From contig OZ242351.1 of NCBI GenBank assembly GCA_965208675.1, positions 3,360,001-3,424,000 of the forward strand: 64,000 nucleotides of DNA, in the 5' to 3' direction. The position numbers and the translations under genes are program-made. The notes under the pieces are model-generated. The model ran no database searches, was not told the origin of the DNA, and saw only the letters and a program-made list of their open reading frames with translations. Source of the stretch: Candidatus Poribacteria bacterium. GTDB taxonomy: Bacteria > Poribacteria > WGA-4E > PCPOR2b. Positions 47,126 to 56,592 of the stretch are shown here, one piece after another (positions within the stretch are counted from its first letter, which is position 1; the number at the start of each line of letters is the position of its first letter).

Positions 47126-48457
47126 ATGATAAAGCGGATTTCAATGACTTGGCTATCGCTCCTGATGGTATGGGTGTTGCTTCAGGTCGAGTCTAGCGCT
47201 CAGGCGGAAGAGGCGGCATCGGCGGCAAAATCACTTCCTGAATCTGTCGAAGCGGCATTGGCTGACGGCATTAATTTGCCGACGCTGATTCGCCTCGCGG
47301 TCGAGCGCAACCCAAAGCTCAAAATCGCCCGAGCGAAGTGGCAGGCAACTATTGAGAAGTATCCGCAAGTGACAGCCCTGCCGGATCCGATGCTGATGTA
47401 CAGTTATTTCGCTCGGAGTGTGGAAACCCGTGTCGGACCGCAGCGGCACCGCGTCGGTTTTTCACAGGCGTTGCCATACCCCGGCACACTTGATGCCGCG
47501 GGGCGAGTGACGGTGAAGGAGATAGAAATTCGGCGGGTAAAATATGAGAAGGTTGTACGCGACGTGATTGTCGACTTGAAACTCAGCTACCACGAGTTGA
47601 CTTACCTTCAACGGGCGAGGCAGGTCACCCATCAGAATCAGCAATTGCTATCTCAGATATTAAACATTGCCACCACCCGCTACGCATCTAGTGAAGCAAC
47701 GCTAAATGATGTGCTAAAGGCGCAGAGCCAGTTGGCGCAACTGTCTTACGATCTGATTCTGTTGCGGGAATTGGAGGAGGTCGAAAAGGCGAACATCAAT
47801 GCGCTCATTAGCGTATCTTCGCAGACACCGTTGGGTCCGCCTGCCCCCGCGGCATACACTGCGCACGACATTCCAATCTCCGATTTGCAAACGAGGGTAT
47901 TGGCGGGGCAACAAGAATTACAAATCGCAGATTTAATGATACAGAAGGCTGATGAAGCCGTTGCGCTCGCCAAGCTGAAAACGAAGCCGCGTTTCAAACT
48001 CGATTTGATGACCGTCGAAACTGGCGAGGGGTTGATGCCGGATGCTATCGACAGCGGGAAAAATCCGATTTCCATCGGAGTCGGCATCTCGATTCCGTGG
48101 TCTTCTACAAAGAATCGCAGTCAGATACAAGAGGCGGAGTTGAACCGCTCTGCCGCCATCGAAAACAAACGGTCGATGGAAGACAGGACGTTAGCGAACC
48201 TGAGAAAGCTTTATTTCCGCCTGGAGAACGCACGGCGGTTGGTTGACCTTTACCAAGATAGCCTCATTCCACAAGCCGAGGGTGCAATAGAAGTTGCTGA
48301 AACATGGCATCAGGAAGGTACAAAAAGTATCGCGGGATTTCTTGAAACGCAGAGCGTTTGGCTAAACTTTAACCTGGCGCGGCTTCGCGCTATCACCGAC
48401 TATCAGCAGAGCCTTGCACGGTTGGAACGGCTGATTGGAGGGAGTATATCGCCATGA
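47126..48457 (+). CDS. TolC-family outer-membrane efflux protein 1
   Basis: LA.ERNP.L, ALPDP, Q.LPYPG, ISIPW, LY...LIPQAE; signal peptide. Confidence 0.88.
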   Translation: MIKRISMTWLSLLMVWVLLQVESSAQAEEAASAAKSLPESVEAALADGINLPTLIRLAVERNPKLKIARAKWQATIEKYPQVTALPDPMLMYSYFARSVETRVGPQRHRVGFSQALPYPGTLDAAGRVTVKEIEIRRVKYEKVVRDVIVDLKLSYHELTYLQRARQVTHQNQQLLSQILNIATTRYASSEATLNDVLKAQSQLAQLSYDLILLRELEEVEKANINALISVSSQTPLGPPAPAAYTAHDIPISDLQTRVLAGQQELQIADLMIQKADEAVALAKLKTKPRFKLDLMTVETGEGLMPDAIDSGKNPISIGVGISIPWSSTKNRSQIQEAELNRSAAIENKRSMEDRTLANLRKLYFRLENARRLVDLYQDSLIPQAEGAIEVAETWHQEGTKSIAGFLETQSVWLNFNLARLRAITDYQQSLARLERLIGGSISP

Positions 48458-49992
48458 AGCATCTCATGATACTCCTTTCCATATTTCTCTTTTCGTGTGC
48501 GAGTGGACGGGAGGCGACCTATCAAGACCTACTGACGCAATTTGAGGATGCGCCGACCCCCAAATACTATCGGACTGAAATTGCGATGGACAAGCCCAAG
48601 GCGGATACTGATGAACACCCCGAAGAAGACGCTTTCTTGACTGAAGTGGGGGCGAAAGTGCTGAAATTTCAGAGAGAATTTCAAGCGCAATTAGAAAGCG
48701 AAACGCCGATTCCGGAACCGTACTACGACTTTTCGGTGCCGCAGATGAAAGCGTATCGGGAACTCGCAACGGAGGCGGGGAAGGCTGAGGCGAGATTGGC
48801 AGAATCGGTGAATCTTGAGTTGTTATTGGGGATTGGATATGAGTGGAGCCCCGCCATTAAAGCCGCCCGCAAAAAGATGAGAGCCACCCTCGAGCAGTAT
48901 CCCCAAGCGGTATATCTGGACAACGTGTTACGGCAGTACAACGCCTTTACAAAGCAGCTAGACACGAAAATCGGTCAACCTCGCCATAAAGAGATGGTGG
49001 CGATGAATTTTCCATTCCCGGACATGCTGGCGCTGAAAGGGCAAATCGTCACCGAAGATGTTCAAATCGCCCAAAGGGAAATTGATATTGCACTTCGAGA
49101 TTTGGTGACAGATATCAAATTGGCGTATTATGACTACCTCTACCTCAACGAAGCCATTGAGATCAATCGAGAAAACCAAGAACTGCTTCGGCAGATGATT
49201 CAGATTGCTCAGGCTAAGTTTCGCGCCGGCATCGGAAAATATCACAGTGTAATCATGGCGCAAGTGGAGTTTTCCAAACTTTCCGACTCAATCATCACAT
49301 TAGAAGAACGGCGTGAAACTGTCATCGCTCGAATCAACACCTTATTGAATCGCCCCGCCGATGCGACGCTGGGGGAGCCGTTGCCCCTAGCATATGAGGA
49401 TGTTGCCCAACCGTTGGGCGAGCTATACGCCCTCGCACTTAGGTCTCGGCAGGAAATTCAGAAACAGAAACTGGTGATTAGTAAAATGAACCTCATAATA
49501 CAGCTGGCGGGAGAAATGGCGTATCCTGACGCATCGCTCGGTACAAGCTACTTTGAGAACCGGATGAAGTTATCGCCAACCTTTTCTACGCAGCGCACGC
49601 TGAATCCGAAGCATTCAGCGTCGTTTGCACAGAAAGACGCATATATTCGGGAAGTCGAGATTAAGGCAGATGCAATGCAGCAGAAGCTTGTCGAACTTGA
49701 GAACAACACGCGATTTTCAGTAAAGAAGCACCATTTCGGGATGGAGACTGCTGATCGCAGCATTGCATTATACCGCACAACACTGTTGCCGCAGGCGCGG
49801 AGCGCTTTGGAAGCGGCGAACACGGCTTATCAAGCTGCGCAGGTTGATTTCATTAGCTTTCTTGACGCCCAGCGCACGCTGTTAAAATTTCGTCTCGGAG
49901 AACAGCGGGCGTTCCGCGACCATCGTCAACATTTGGCACAGTTAGAACAAGCGGTCGGACAAGTGTTGCCAAAACAGACTATGGAGGAGTAG
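48454..49992 (+). CDS. TolC-family outer-membrane efflux lipoprotein 2
   Basis: Lipobox LFSC; FPFP..L.LKG; LY.TTLLPQAR.ALE....AYQ..QVDF..FLDAQR. Confidence 0.85.
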   Translation: MKHLMILLSIFLFSCASGREATYQDLLTQFEDAPTPKYYRTEIAMDKPKADTDEHPEEDAFLTEVGAKVLKFQREFQAQLESETPIPEPYYDFSVPQMKAYRELATEAGKAEARLAESVNLELLLGIGYEWSPAIKAARKKMRATLEQYPQAVYLDNVLRQYNAFTKQLDTKIGQPRHKEMVAMNFPFPDMLALKGQIVTEDVQIAQREIDIALRDLVTDIKLAYYDYLYLNEAIEINRENQELLRQMIQIAQAKFRAGIGKYHSVIMAQVEFSKLSDSIITLEERRETVIARINTLLNRPADATLGEPLPLAYEDVAQPLGELYALALRSRQEIQKQKLVISKMNLIIQLAGEMAYPDASLGTSYFENRMKLSPTFSTQRTLNPKHSASFAQKDAYIREVEIKADAMQQKLVELENNTRFSVKKHHFGMETADRSIALYRTTLLPQARSALEAANTAYQAAQVDFISFLDAQRTLLKFRLGEQRAFRDHRQHLAQLEQAVGQVLPKQTMEE

Positions 49993-49995
49993 ACC

Positions 49996-51942
49996 ATGAT
50001 TCAGAACATCAATCGGAATACGATAATTTTTCCTCTGTTGCTGCTGACAATCGGTTTTGTTGCGGGGTGCGGAAGGACCGATTCCGCCGAAGAACACACA
50101 GCGGAAAAGACTATGGAAGGCATGGTGCAGCATGCGGAACATTCAGAACATGCAGAACACGGTCTCGTCCCTGTCACTTCGGCGGATGGGGAGAAAATTA
50201 GGTACTGGACATGCGTGATGCACCCATCGGTGAAGATGCCCGTTGAAGGGGATTGCCCCGTGTGTAAAATGGATTTAATTCCGGTTTACGAAGGCGTCGG
50301 ACTGACACTTACCGAGAGGCAGAAATCGCTGATTCCGGTTCGCACCGAATCGGTTGAATTTCGCAATCTTAACCGCGAAATCCGGACTGTGGGTGTATTG
50401 GACTACAACGAAACACGTATGGCGTATGCTTCGACCCGAATATCTGGCTGGATTGAAGATCTGCATGTTGACTTCACCGGTATCAATGTCCGTGAAGGCG
50501 ATGAACTCCTTACGATTTATAGCCCGGAACTGTTAGCGGCACAGGAGGAATATCTCACGGCGTTGAAGAGTGTGGATGAATTAAAGGATACACAATACGC
50601 CGAATTAAAACGTACTGTTGAACAGACGCTTTCTGCGGCGAAATCCAAGCTGGAACTGTTCGGATTGACTCCGGAACAGATTGATGACATCCGTGACCAC
50701 GGTGAGGCACGGACGACACTGCCGCTGTATGCGCCTAGCGGCGGAACAGTCATCCACATGAACGTTTACAAGGGGCAACATGTGAAGAGCGGCACAAACC
50801 TGTATCGCATTGCGGATCTGAAAAGCCTGTGGATCATCGCGGATATCTACGAATACGAACTGCCGTGGGTCTATATGGGACAAGATGTCGAGATTACGGC
50901 GCAGTCAATGCCTGACCAAACATTTCATGGGAAAGTCAACTATATCTATCCATACTTTGATGCGCCAACTCGAACGCAGAAAGTCCACATTGAAGTGCCA
51001 AACCCGGACGGACAGTTGCGGCCGGGGATGTATGTCACCCTCCGGCTGAAGCCCACACTAGCGGAAATCTACGCTCGTGAGGCTCAACCCAAAGCTGCGT
51101 ATGCGTGTCCAATGCACCCATGGATAACTTCCGAGATGCCTAGCGATTGCGACATCTGCGGAATGGATCTTGAATCAACGCGCCCTGAAGCGGCTGCCTC
51201 AGGACCGATGGAATCCGTTTGGACCTGCCCGATGCATCCGCAGATAAAACAGTCCGAGTTCGGTGAATGCGACATCTGCGGAATGGACTTAATCGAAAAA
51301 CAGGTGCCAGTGGAGGCGCATGCCCATGCCGGTCATAGCCACTCCGATATGAAATCATCGCGTGAAAGTGCGACGCAAGAGAAGTGGGTTTGCCCGATGC
51401 ATCCCGAAGTTCAAGCGGATGAAATGATAGAATGCGACATCTGCGGAATGGATTTGGTTAAGGACACGGTTCCAGCAGAATCAACCGCCCATGAAGGCGT
51501 GACTTCTGTGCCGCAGGATCCTCCGCTGGTTTTCAAGTACGCTTGTCCCGACCACCCCGACCAGTATGCGACACTGCCGGACAGATGTTCTATAGACGGC
51601 AAACCCCTTGTGATGACAGGAGAGGTCTTAGCGGTGCCTAAGAGCGCCGTTATTGACACCGGGTTACGGAAGATAGTCTTCATCGACCGGGGTGAATCTG
51701 GCTACGAGTTGCTTGAAGTCGAGTTGGGGCCAGAAGCATGGGCGGAGGTTGAACACAACGGCCGGGCGACCAAACGGCGATTTTATCCCGTCATTAAGGG
51801 GTTGAATCCCGGGGATATAGTGGTTACGAATGGGAACTACCTTCTCGATTCACAAACGCAATTAACCGGTTCAGCGGCGGGTGCGTATGGCGGTGCGCTC
51901 GGCGGAGAAGAAGGATCAAGCGCACCATCGCATCGGCATTGA
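49996..51942 (+). CDS. CusB-like RND membrane-fusion protein with five heavy-metal-binding (CPMHP) domains
   Basis: Lipobox VAGC; GWIEDL, IYSPEL.AAQEEYL, LYRIADL, LRPGMY; C.MHP..C..C.MDL four times plus CPDHP. Confidence 0.92.
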   Translation: MIQNINRNTIIFPLLLLTIGFVAGCGRTDSAEEHTAEKTMEGMVQHAEHSEHAEHGLVPVTSADGEKIRYWTCVMHPSVKMPVEGDCPVCKMDLIPVYEGVGLTLTERQKSLIPVRTESVEFRNLNREIRTVGVLDYNETRMAYASTRISGWIEDLHVDFTGINVREGDELLTIYSPELLAAQEEYLTALKSVDELKDTQYAELKRTVEQTLSAAKSKLELFGLTPEQIDDIRDHGEARTTLPLYAPSGGTVIHMNVYKGQHVKSGTNLYRIADLKSLWIIADIYEYELPWVYMGQDVEITAQSMPDQTFHGKVNYIYPYFDAPTRTQKVHIEVPNPDGQLRPGMYVTLRLKPTLAEIYAREAQPKAAYACPMHPWITSEMPSDCDICGMDLESTRPEAAASGPMESVWTCPMHPQIKQSEFGECDICGMDLIEKQVPVEAHAHAGHSHSDMKSSRESATQEKWVCPMHPEVQADEMIECDICGMDLVKDTVPAESTAHEGVTSVPQDPPLVFKYACPDHPDQYATLPDRCSIDGKPLVMTGEVLAVPKSAVIDTGLRKIVFIDRGESGYELLEVELGPEAWAEVEHNGRATKRRFYPVIKGLNPGDIVVTNGNYLLDSQTQLTGSAAGAYGGALGGEEGSSAPSHRH

Positions 51943-51968
51943 TGCCAGTCAGTCTTCAGGAAAGTGCT

Positions 51969-54900
51969 ATGGTAAACCGAATTATCGAAATCTGCATGGG
52001 GAACCGTCTACTCGTCCTTGTTACATTTGTGTTTTTGACAGCCGCGGGCTGGTGGGCGCTGAATCGTACTCCAATCGACGCTATTCCCGACATCGGCGAA
52101 AATCAGGTTATCGTGTTTGCCGATTGGTCCGGGAGGAGTCCGAGAGACATTGAAGATCAGGTAATCTACCCGCTTAGTATTGCCATGCTTGGTATCCCCG
52201 ATGTCAAAGATGTCCGATCCACGTCAATGTTTAGTTTCGGTTACATCAACATCATTTTCAAGGAGAACGTGGACTTCTATTGGGCGAGAACTCGTGTGCT
52301 CGAACGAATGAATCTCGCGCAGAAGGACATGCCCGACGGGGTGGTGCCGGTGTTGGGCCCCGATGCGACCGGCATCAGTCAGGTATTCTGGTACACCGTC
52401 GAAAACGGCTATTACTGTCCTGACCATCCGACAGAACGGTACGAGCAACCCGGAAAGTGCCCTGAAGATGGAAAGCCGCTGGTTGCCTCAAGGCTTGACT
52501 TACATGAACTCCGCACTCTACAAGACTGGACGATTCGATACTATCTCGCTTCAGCCGACGGGGTATCGGAAGTCGCATCCGTCGGCGGTTACGTGAAACA
52601 GTATCAGGTCGATGTCGATCCCAACCTGCTTTTGGCGTATAAAGTGCCGCTCTCAATGGTTTTTAATGCGATTCGGGACAGCAACGTGGATGTCGGTGCG
52701 AAGGTGGTTGAGGAAGGCGGGATGGAGTTCCTTATTCGGGGTTTGGGGTTCATAAAAAGCATAGAGGACATAGAGGACATCGTGGTCAAGGCGCACGAGG
52801 GTGTACCGGTGTATGTCAAGAACCTAGGCACTGTGACGGAGGGGCCCGACTTCCGGCGCGGGGCGTTGGACAAAGCGGGCGTGCCAGCGACCGGCGGTGT
52901 GGTGTTGATGCGTTACGGCGACAATCCGTTGCGTGTAATCGAGAATGTGAAAGCGAAGATTGCTGAGATTGAACCGGGCCTTCCCGCCGGCGTTCGCATT
53001 GTTCCCTTCTACGACAGGAGCCATCTGATTCACCGTGCGGCGGAAACACTAAAAGACACGCTAATCGAGGAAATCGTTGTCGCGGCGGTCGTGATTATCT
53101 TCTTCTTAGGTCAGGTGACCAACAGCCTGATTATCGCACTGGTATTGCCGTTGGGAGTGCTGCTCTCGTTCTTAGGCATGAAACTCGTCGGCTTGCCGTC
53201 GAATATCATGTCCATGGGCGGGATGGCGATTGCCATCGGTGTTATGGTGGATGCAGGCATCGTCATGACGGAAAACATCACCCGCCTACTGCGGGAACCG
53301 CATGAGGGAGAGAGCAAACTGCAGGTCGCAACGCGTGCGGCAAAGGAGGTCGGACCGGCGATATTCTACGCGATGCTGATTATTATCGTCGCGTTTATCC
53401 CGGTGTTTTCGTTGACGGGACAAGCGGGCAAGCTGTTCAAACCGTTGGCGTTCACCAAAACTTTCGCGATGCTCGGCGCGGCGATTGTCGCGATTAGCCT
53501 CGTTCCGGTGTTGGCATCCATTCTACTTTCTGATCCAACGCGCCGCCCCAACATTTTCGGCCGCATTATTGCAATCGCCAGTTTCCCTTTGAGAAAATTC
53601 GCCGACGGTATAACCTGGATTTTAAAAGCCGTCTACGGTCCAATTATTCGATTTGCTGTCAAAAACATATTCACCAAGCTGCTTGTAGTTGCTTTGGCCG
53701 CGGCAATTTTGATCGCTAGTATTCCGCTCACGCCCTTCTACAAAAATATCGGGCAGGAGTTCATGCCTCCGCTCAACGAAGGGGATTTGCTGTTCATGCC
53801 GGTGCTGCTGCCCGGTGCGTCGATTACGCAAGCCAAAGATGTGATGTCAAAGCAAGACATGATTATGAACCGTTTCCCCGAGGTTTCGATGGTGGTGGGA
53901 AAACTCGGGAGAGCGACAACTGCAACCGATCCGGCTCCAATTGGGATGTTTGAAACCATCGTTAACATCGTTGACCCTTCTACGTGGCCGCGGCGTGCTG
54001 TCAAATCGGGTGCTGCGGCGAACCTGGTTTCCAGCGTTGCCGAACGACTTTTGAGCGCCGAAATCCTGAACAAGGAACATGCAGGACATATAACTACAGA
54101 TGTTACAGCGCGTATCGCCGATGATGCGGCGGCGCGGATTGATGAAATGGCGACGGAGTATCACAATCCCTTTATCACTGTTGAACAACGTGAACAGCTG
54201 TACCGAGTTTGGTTGTTGCGGGTGGTTATGGAAAAACTTCTGGCGGAGATGGGCGAATCAAGTCAACTGGGCAACAGCGAATCAGAAAGCCGACTTCACG
54301 CACTCGCCTCCGAGATTGAACCGACGCTTGAGCACAAAACCTACTTTCGCACAAAGACCCGCGCAGAACTGATTAACGATCTCACCGAATCGTGCCGTAT
54401 GCCCGGCGTTTCTCCAATTATGACCCAGCCGATTCGCAACCGCATCGACATGTTGGCGACAGGAATTCAAACACCGATTGGTATCAAGGTGTTCGGTACT
54501 GATTTGTCAAAAATTGAGGAAATTGCGGTTCGCATTGAGCAGGAATTGCTCAAACTCCCGGGCGCCGTGGGGCCGTATGCCGAGCGGATTGGAAATAAAC
54601 CGTACCTCGAATTTCATATCGATCGGAAAGAGGCGGCGCGCTACGGGATTAAGATTGGGGCGGTGCAACAGATTATCATGACCGCGATTGGCGGCATGAA
54701 CCTCACAACTACGGTCGAAGGGCGAGAACGTTTTCCGGTTCGCATTCGCTATAAACGGGAATTGCGCGACAACGTTGAAGCGTTGAAGCGGGTGCTAGTG
54801 CCAACGCCCAAGGGCATACAGATTCCGCTAGGGCAATTGGTCAGAATTGAGCGCCGCCCGGGTCCAGCGAAAATCTCATCCGAAAACACCTTGTTGTTTT

Positions 54901-55739
54901 CCCGGGTGTTTTGCGATGTGGACGCAGATGTCATCGGGCTAGTCAACTTCGTAGAGGCGGCGCAGAAGACACTCGACGAGAAAATTAAGCCGACGCTGCC
55001 GCAGGGCTATTTCTATTCATTCAGTGGCCAGTATGAAGCGGAGTTGGAAGCACGATCCCGGTTGCTGGTTGTTGTTCCAGTCTGCATCGCAGTGATTTTC
55101 ATGTTGCTTTATGTCAAGTTCCGTTCGCCATCCGCGATGCTAGCGATATTCCTCGCGCTTCCGTTCGCCTTTATCGGTGGAATGTGGATGCAGTGGTTGA
55201 TGCAATATGTGCCCCCCGCGCTCGGCGGCGGATATGCGATCAAATACAGCACCGCGGTGTGGGTCGGGTACATCGCCCTTTTTGGTGTGGCAGTTGAGGA
55301 CGGGATTGTATTGATGGAATACCTGCTTGAGCGGGTACGAAGAGGCGAACCGGTCAAGGAAGCCGCCGTCAACGCGGGTTTGTTGCGCGTGCGTCCCATC
55401 ATCATGACGACCGCTACGACAGTGCTGGCACTCTCTCCCATTATGCTGTATGAAATCAGCACCAACACCGGGGCGGAGTTAATGAAGCCAATTGCGGTGC
55501 CGACCTTCGGCGGAATGATCACTGCGACAGTTGCCAACTTGATTTTAGCGCCCGTGCTGTTTTCGCTGTTTTATTGGGTAGAAAACCTGGGTGCTCGGCA
55601 TCGGGGTTCGGAAGGCGGGGAAACTTTGGAATCAGAAGAGCCACCCGTACCATTGGCGGAAGATGAGACTACTGGGGAAGAAATTCCGGCTAGCGACGAC
55701 GAAACCACGGAGAACGGGGATTCGGAAGTACCGAAGTAA
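51969..55739 (+). CDS. cusA: CusA/SilA-family heavy-metal RND permease
   Basis: PIDAIPD, GPDATG, AIAIGVMVDA, and the three metal-binding Met motifs LLFMP / APIGMFET / IRNRIDML; R.RPIIMT. Confidence 0.92.
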   Translation: MVNRIIEICMGNRLLVLVTFVFLTAAGWWALNRTPIDAIPDIGENQVIVFADWSGRSPRDIEDQVIYPLSIAMLGIPDVKDVRSTSMFSFGYINIIFKENVDFYWARTRVLERMNLAQKDMPDGVVPVLGPDATGISQVFWYTVENGYYCPDHPTERYEQPGKCPEDGKPLVASRLDLHELRTLQDWTIRYYLASADGVSEVASVGGYVKQYQVDVDPNLLLAYKVPLSMVFNAIRDSNVDVGAKVVEEGGMEFLIRGLGFIKSIEDIEDIVVKAHEGVPVYVKNLGTVTEGPDFRRGALDKAGVPATGGVVLMRYGDNPLRVIENVKAKIAEIEPGLPAGVRIVPFYDRSHLIHRAAETLKDTLIEEIVVAAVVIIFFLGQVTNSLIIALVLPLGVLLSFLGMKLVGLPSNIMSMGGMAIAIGVMVDAGIVMTENITRLLREPHEGESKLQVATRAAKEVGPAIFYAMLIIIVAFIPVFSLTGQAGKLFKPLAFTKTFAMLGAAIVAISLVPVLASILLSDPTRRPNIFGRIIAIASFPLRKFADGITWILKAVYGPIIRFAVKNIFTKLLVVALAAAILIASIPLTPFYKNIGQEFMPPLNEGDLLFMPVLLPGASITQAKDVMSKQDMIMNRFPEVSMVVGKLGRATTATDPAPIGMFETIVNIVDPSTWPRRAVKSGAAANLVSSVAERLLSAEILNKEHAGHITTDVTARIADDAAARIDEMATEYHNPFITVEQREQLYRVWLLRVVMEKLLAEMGESSQLGNSESESRLHALASEIEPTLEHKTYFRTKTRAELINDLTESCRMPGVSPIMTQPIRNRIDMLATGIQTPIGIKVFGTDLSKIEEIAVRIEQELLKLPGAVGPYAERIGNKPYLEFHIDRKEAARYGIKIGAVQQIIMTAIGGMNLTTTVEGRERFPVRIRYKRELRDNVEALKRVLVPTPKGIQIPLGQLVRIERRPGPAKISSENTLLFSRVFCDVDADVIGLVNFVEAAQKTLDEKIKPTLPQGYFYSFSGQYEAELEARSRLLVVVPVCIAVIFMLLYVKFRSPSAMLAIFLALPFAFIGGMWMQWLMQYVPPALGGGYAIKYSTAVWVGYIALFGVAVEDGIVLMEYLLERVRRGEPVKEAAVNAGLLRVRPIIMTTATTVLALSPIMLYEISTNTGAELMKPIAVPTFGGMITATVANLILAPVLFSLFYWVENLGARHRGSEGGETLESEEPPVPLAEDETTGEEIPASDDETTENGDSEVPK

Positions 55740-55793
55740 AAACACGGGTATCTCAACCTTCCATTGACCTTTTCACGTTTATTGGAGGATGTT

Positions 55794-56411
55794 ATGAATT
55801 TAAAAAAGCTGTGTGGTCTTTGGTTTCTTACAGCGTTAATATTGATACCGACGGGGGCAATCGGTCTTGAACTGGATCGATATCAGCATGTCACTGATGG
55901 AGTGATACTAGGCATCGGGCGCGGAATCACGCTCTTTAACAAAGAACTGGAATCCAACCGAACGGAGGAAATTTCGCTGGGGACACAGTTAGTACCCGAT
56001 GTCCTGCACCTCACAGTGCCCTTTAGCAATTATAAAGTAGATACCCGCGGCGGAACTGGCGACGCCCTACCTATTGGTACAATCAACGTCAACACGGTTG
56101 GGCTTGCGTTAACTCTGGCGATACCGGGGAGATGGTCGCCGTTTGTTGGAATTGGCGGCAGTTTCTACTCGTTCGATGAGAAGTTCGAAACGCCCGCGAA
56201 CATTCAGAACACATTCGGAGCGGAGGGGCATGCCGGCTTGCGAATCCGACTAATCGAGAAGATATTTGACGCGGCACAACTCCACGGAGTGATTGGCTAT
56301 CAATTTAGCCGCCTTAAACCCGCCATTAGCGTGCCAAACAAGCCGGAGGTAGATGATGTATCTCTGAATCGCCATCATGTGGTATTTCGGTTGGAACTGA
56401 CCGGTTTGTAG
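55794..56411 (+). CDS. Small outer-membrane beta-barrel protein (OmpW/OMP-like)
   Basis: Signal peptide; SPFVGIGG, FGAEGHAGL alternating strands; GGAGG RBS. Confidence 0.6.
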   Translation: MNLKKLCGLWFLTALILIPTGAIGLELDRYQHVTDGVILGIGRGITLFNKELESNRTEEISLGTQLVPDVLHLTVPFSNYKVDTRGGTGDALPIGTINVNTVGLALTLAIPGRWSPFVGIGGSFYSFDEKFETPANIQNTFGAEGHAGLRIRLIEKIFDAAQLHGVIGYQFSRLKPAISVPNKPEVDDVSLNRHHVVFRLELTGL

Positions 56412-56592
56412 CTCACCGACGCAGACCGCGCCTTTTAAAATCGCCATTTGAATTTATTTTACCTCCTCAAACTTTTCCTTGACTCAACTGTGTGAAATGC
56501 CTAATATAGGACAGGTGTTTATTCACACGCTGTACGATTGAAGTTTCAAAGATTAGACAGATTTAAGTCAAGCGAGATTGAGGGGGTTTATT

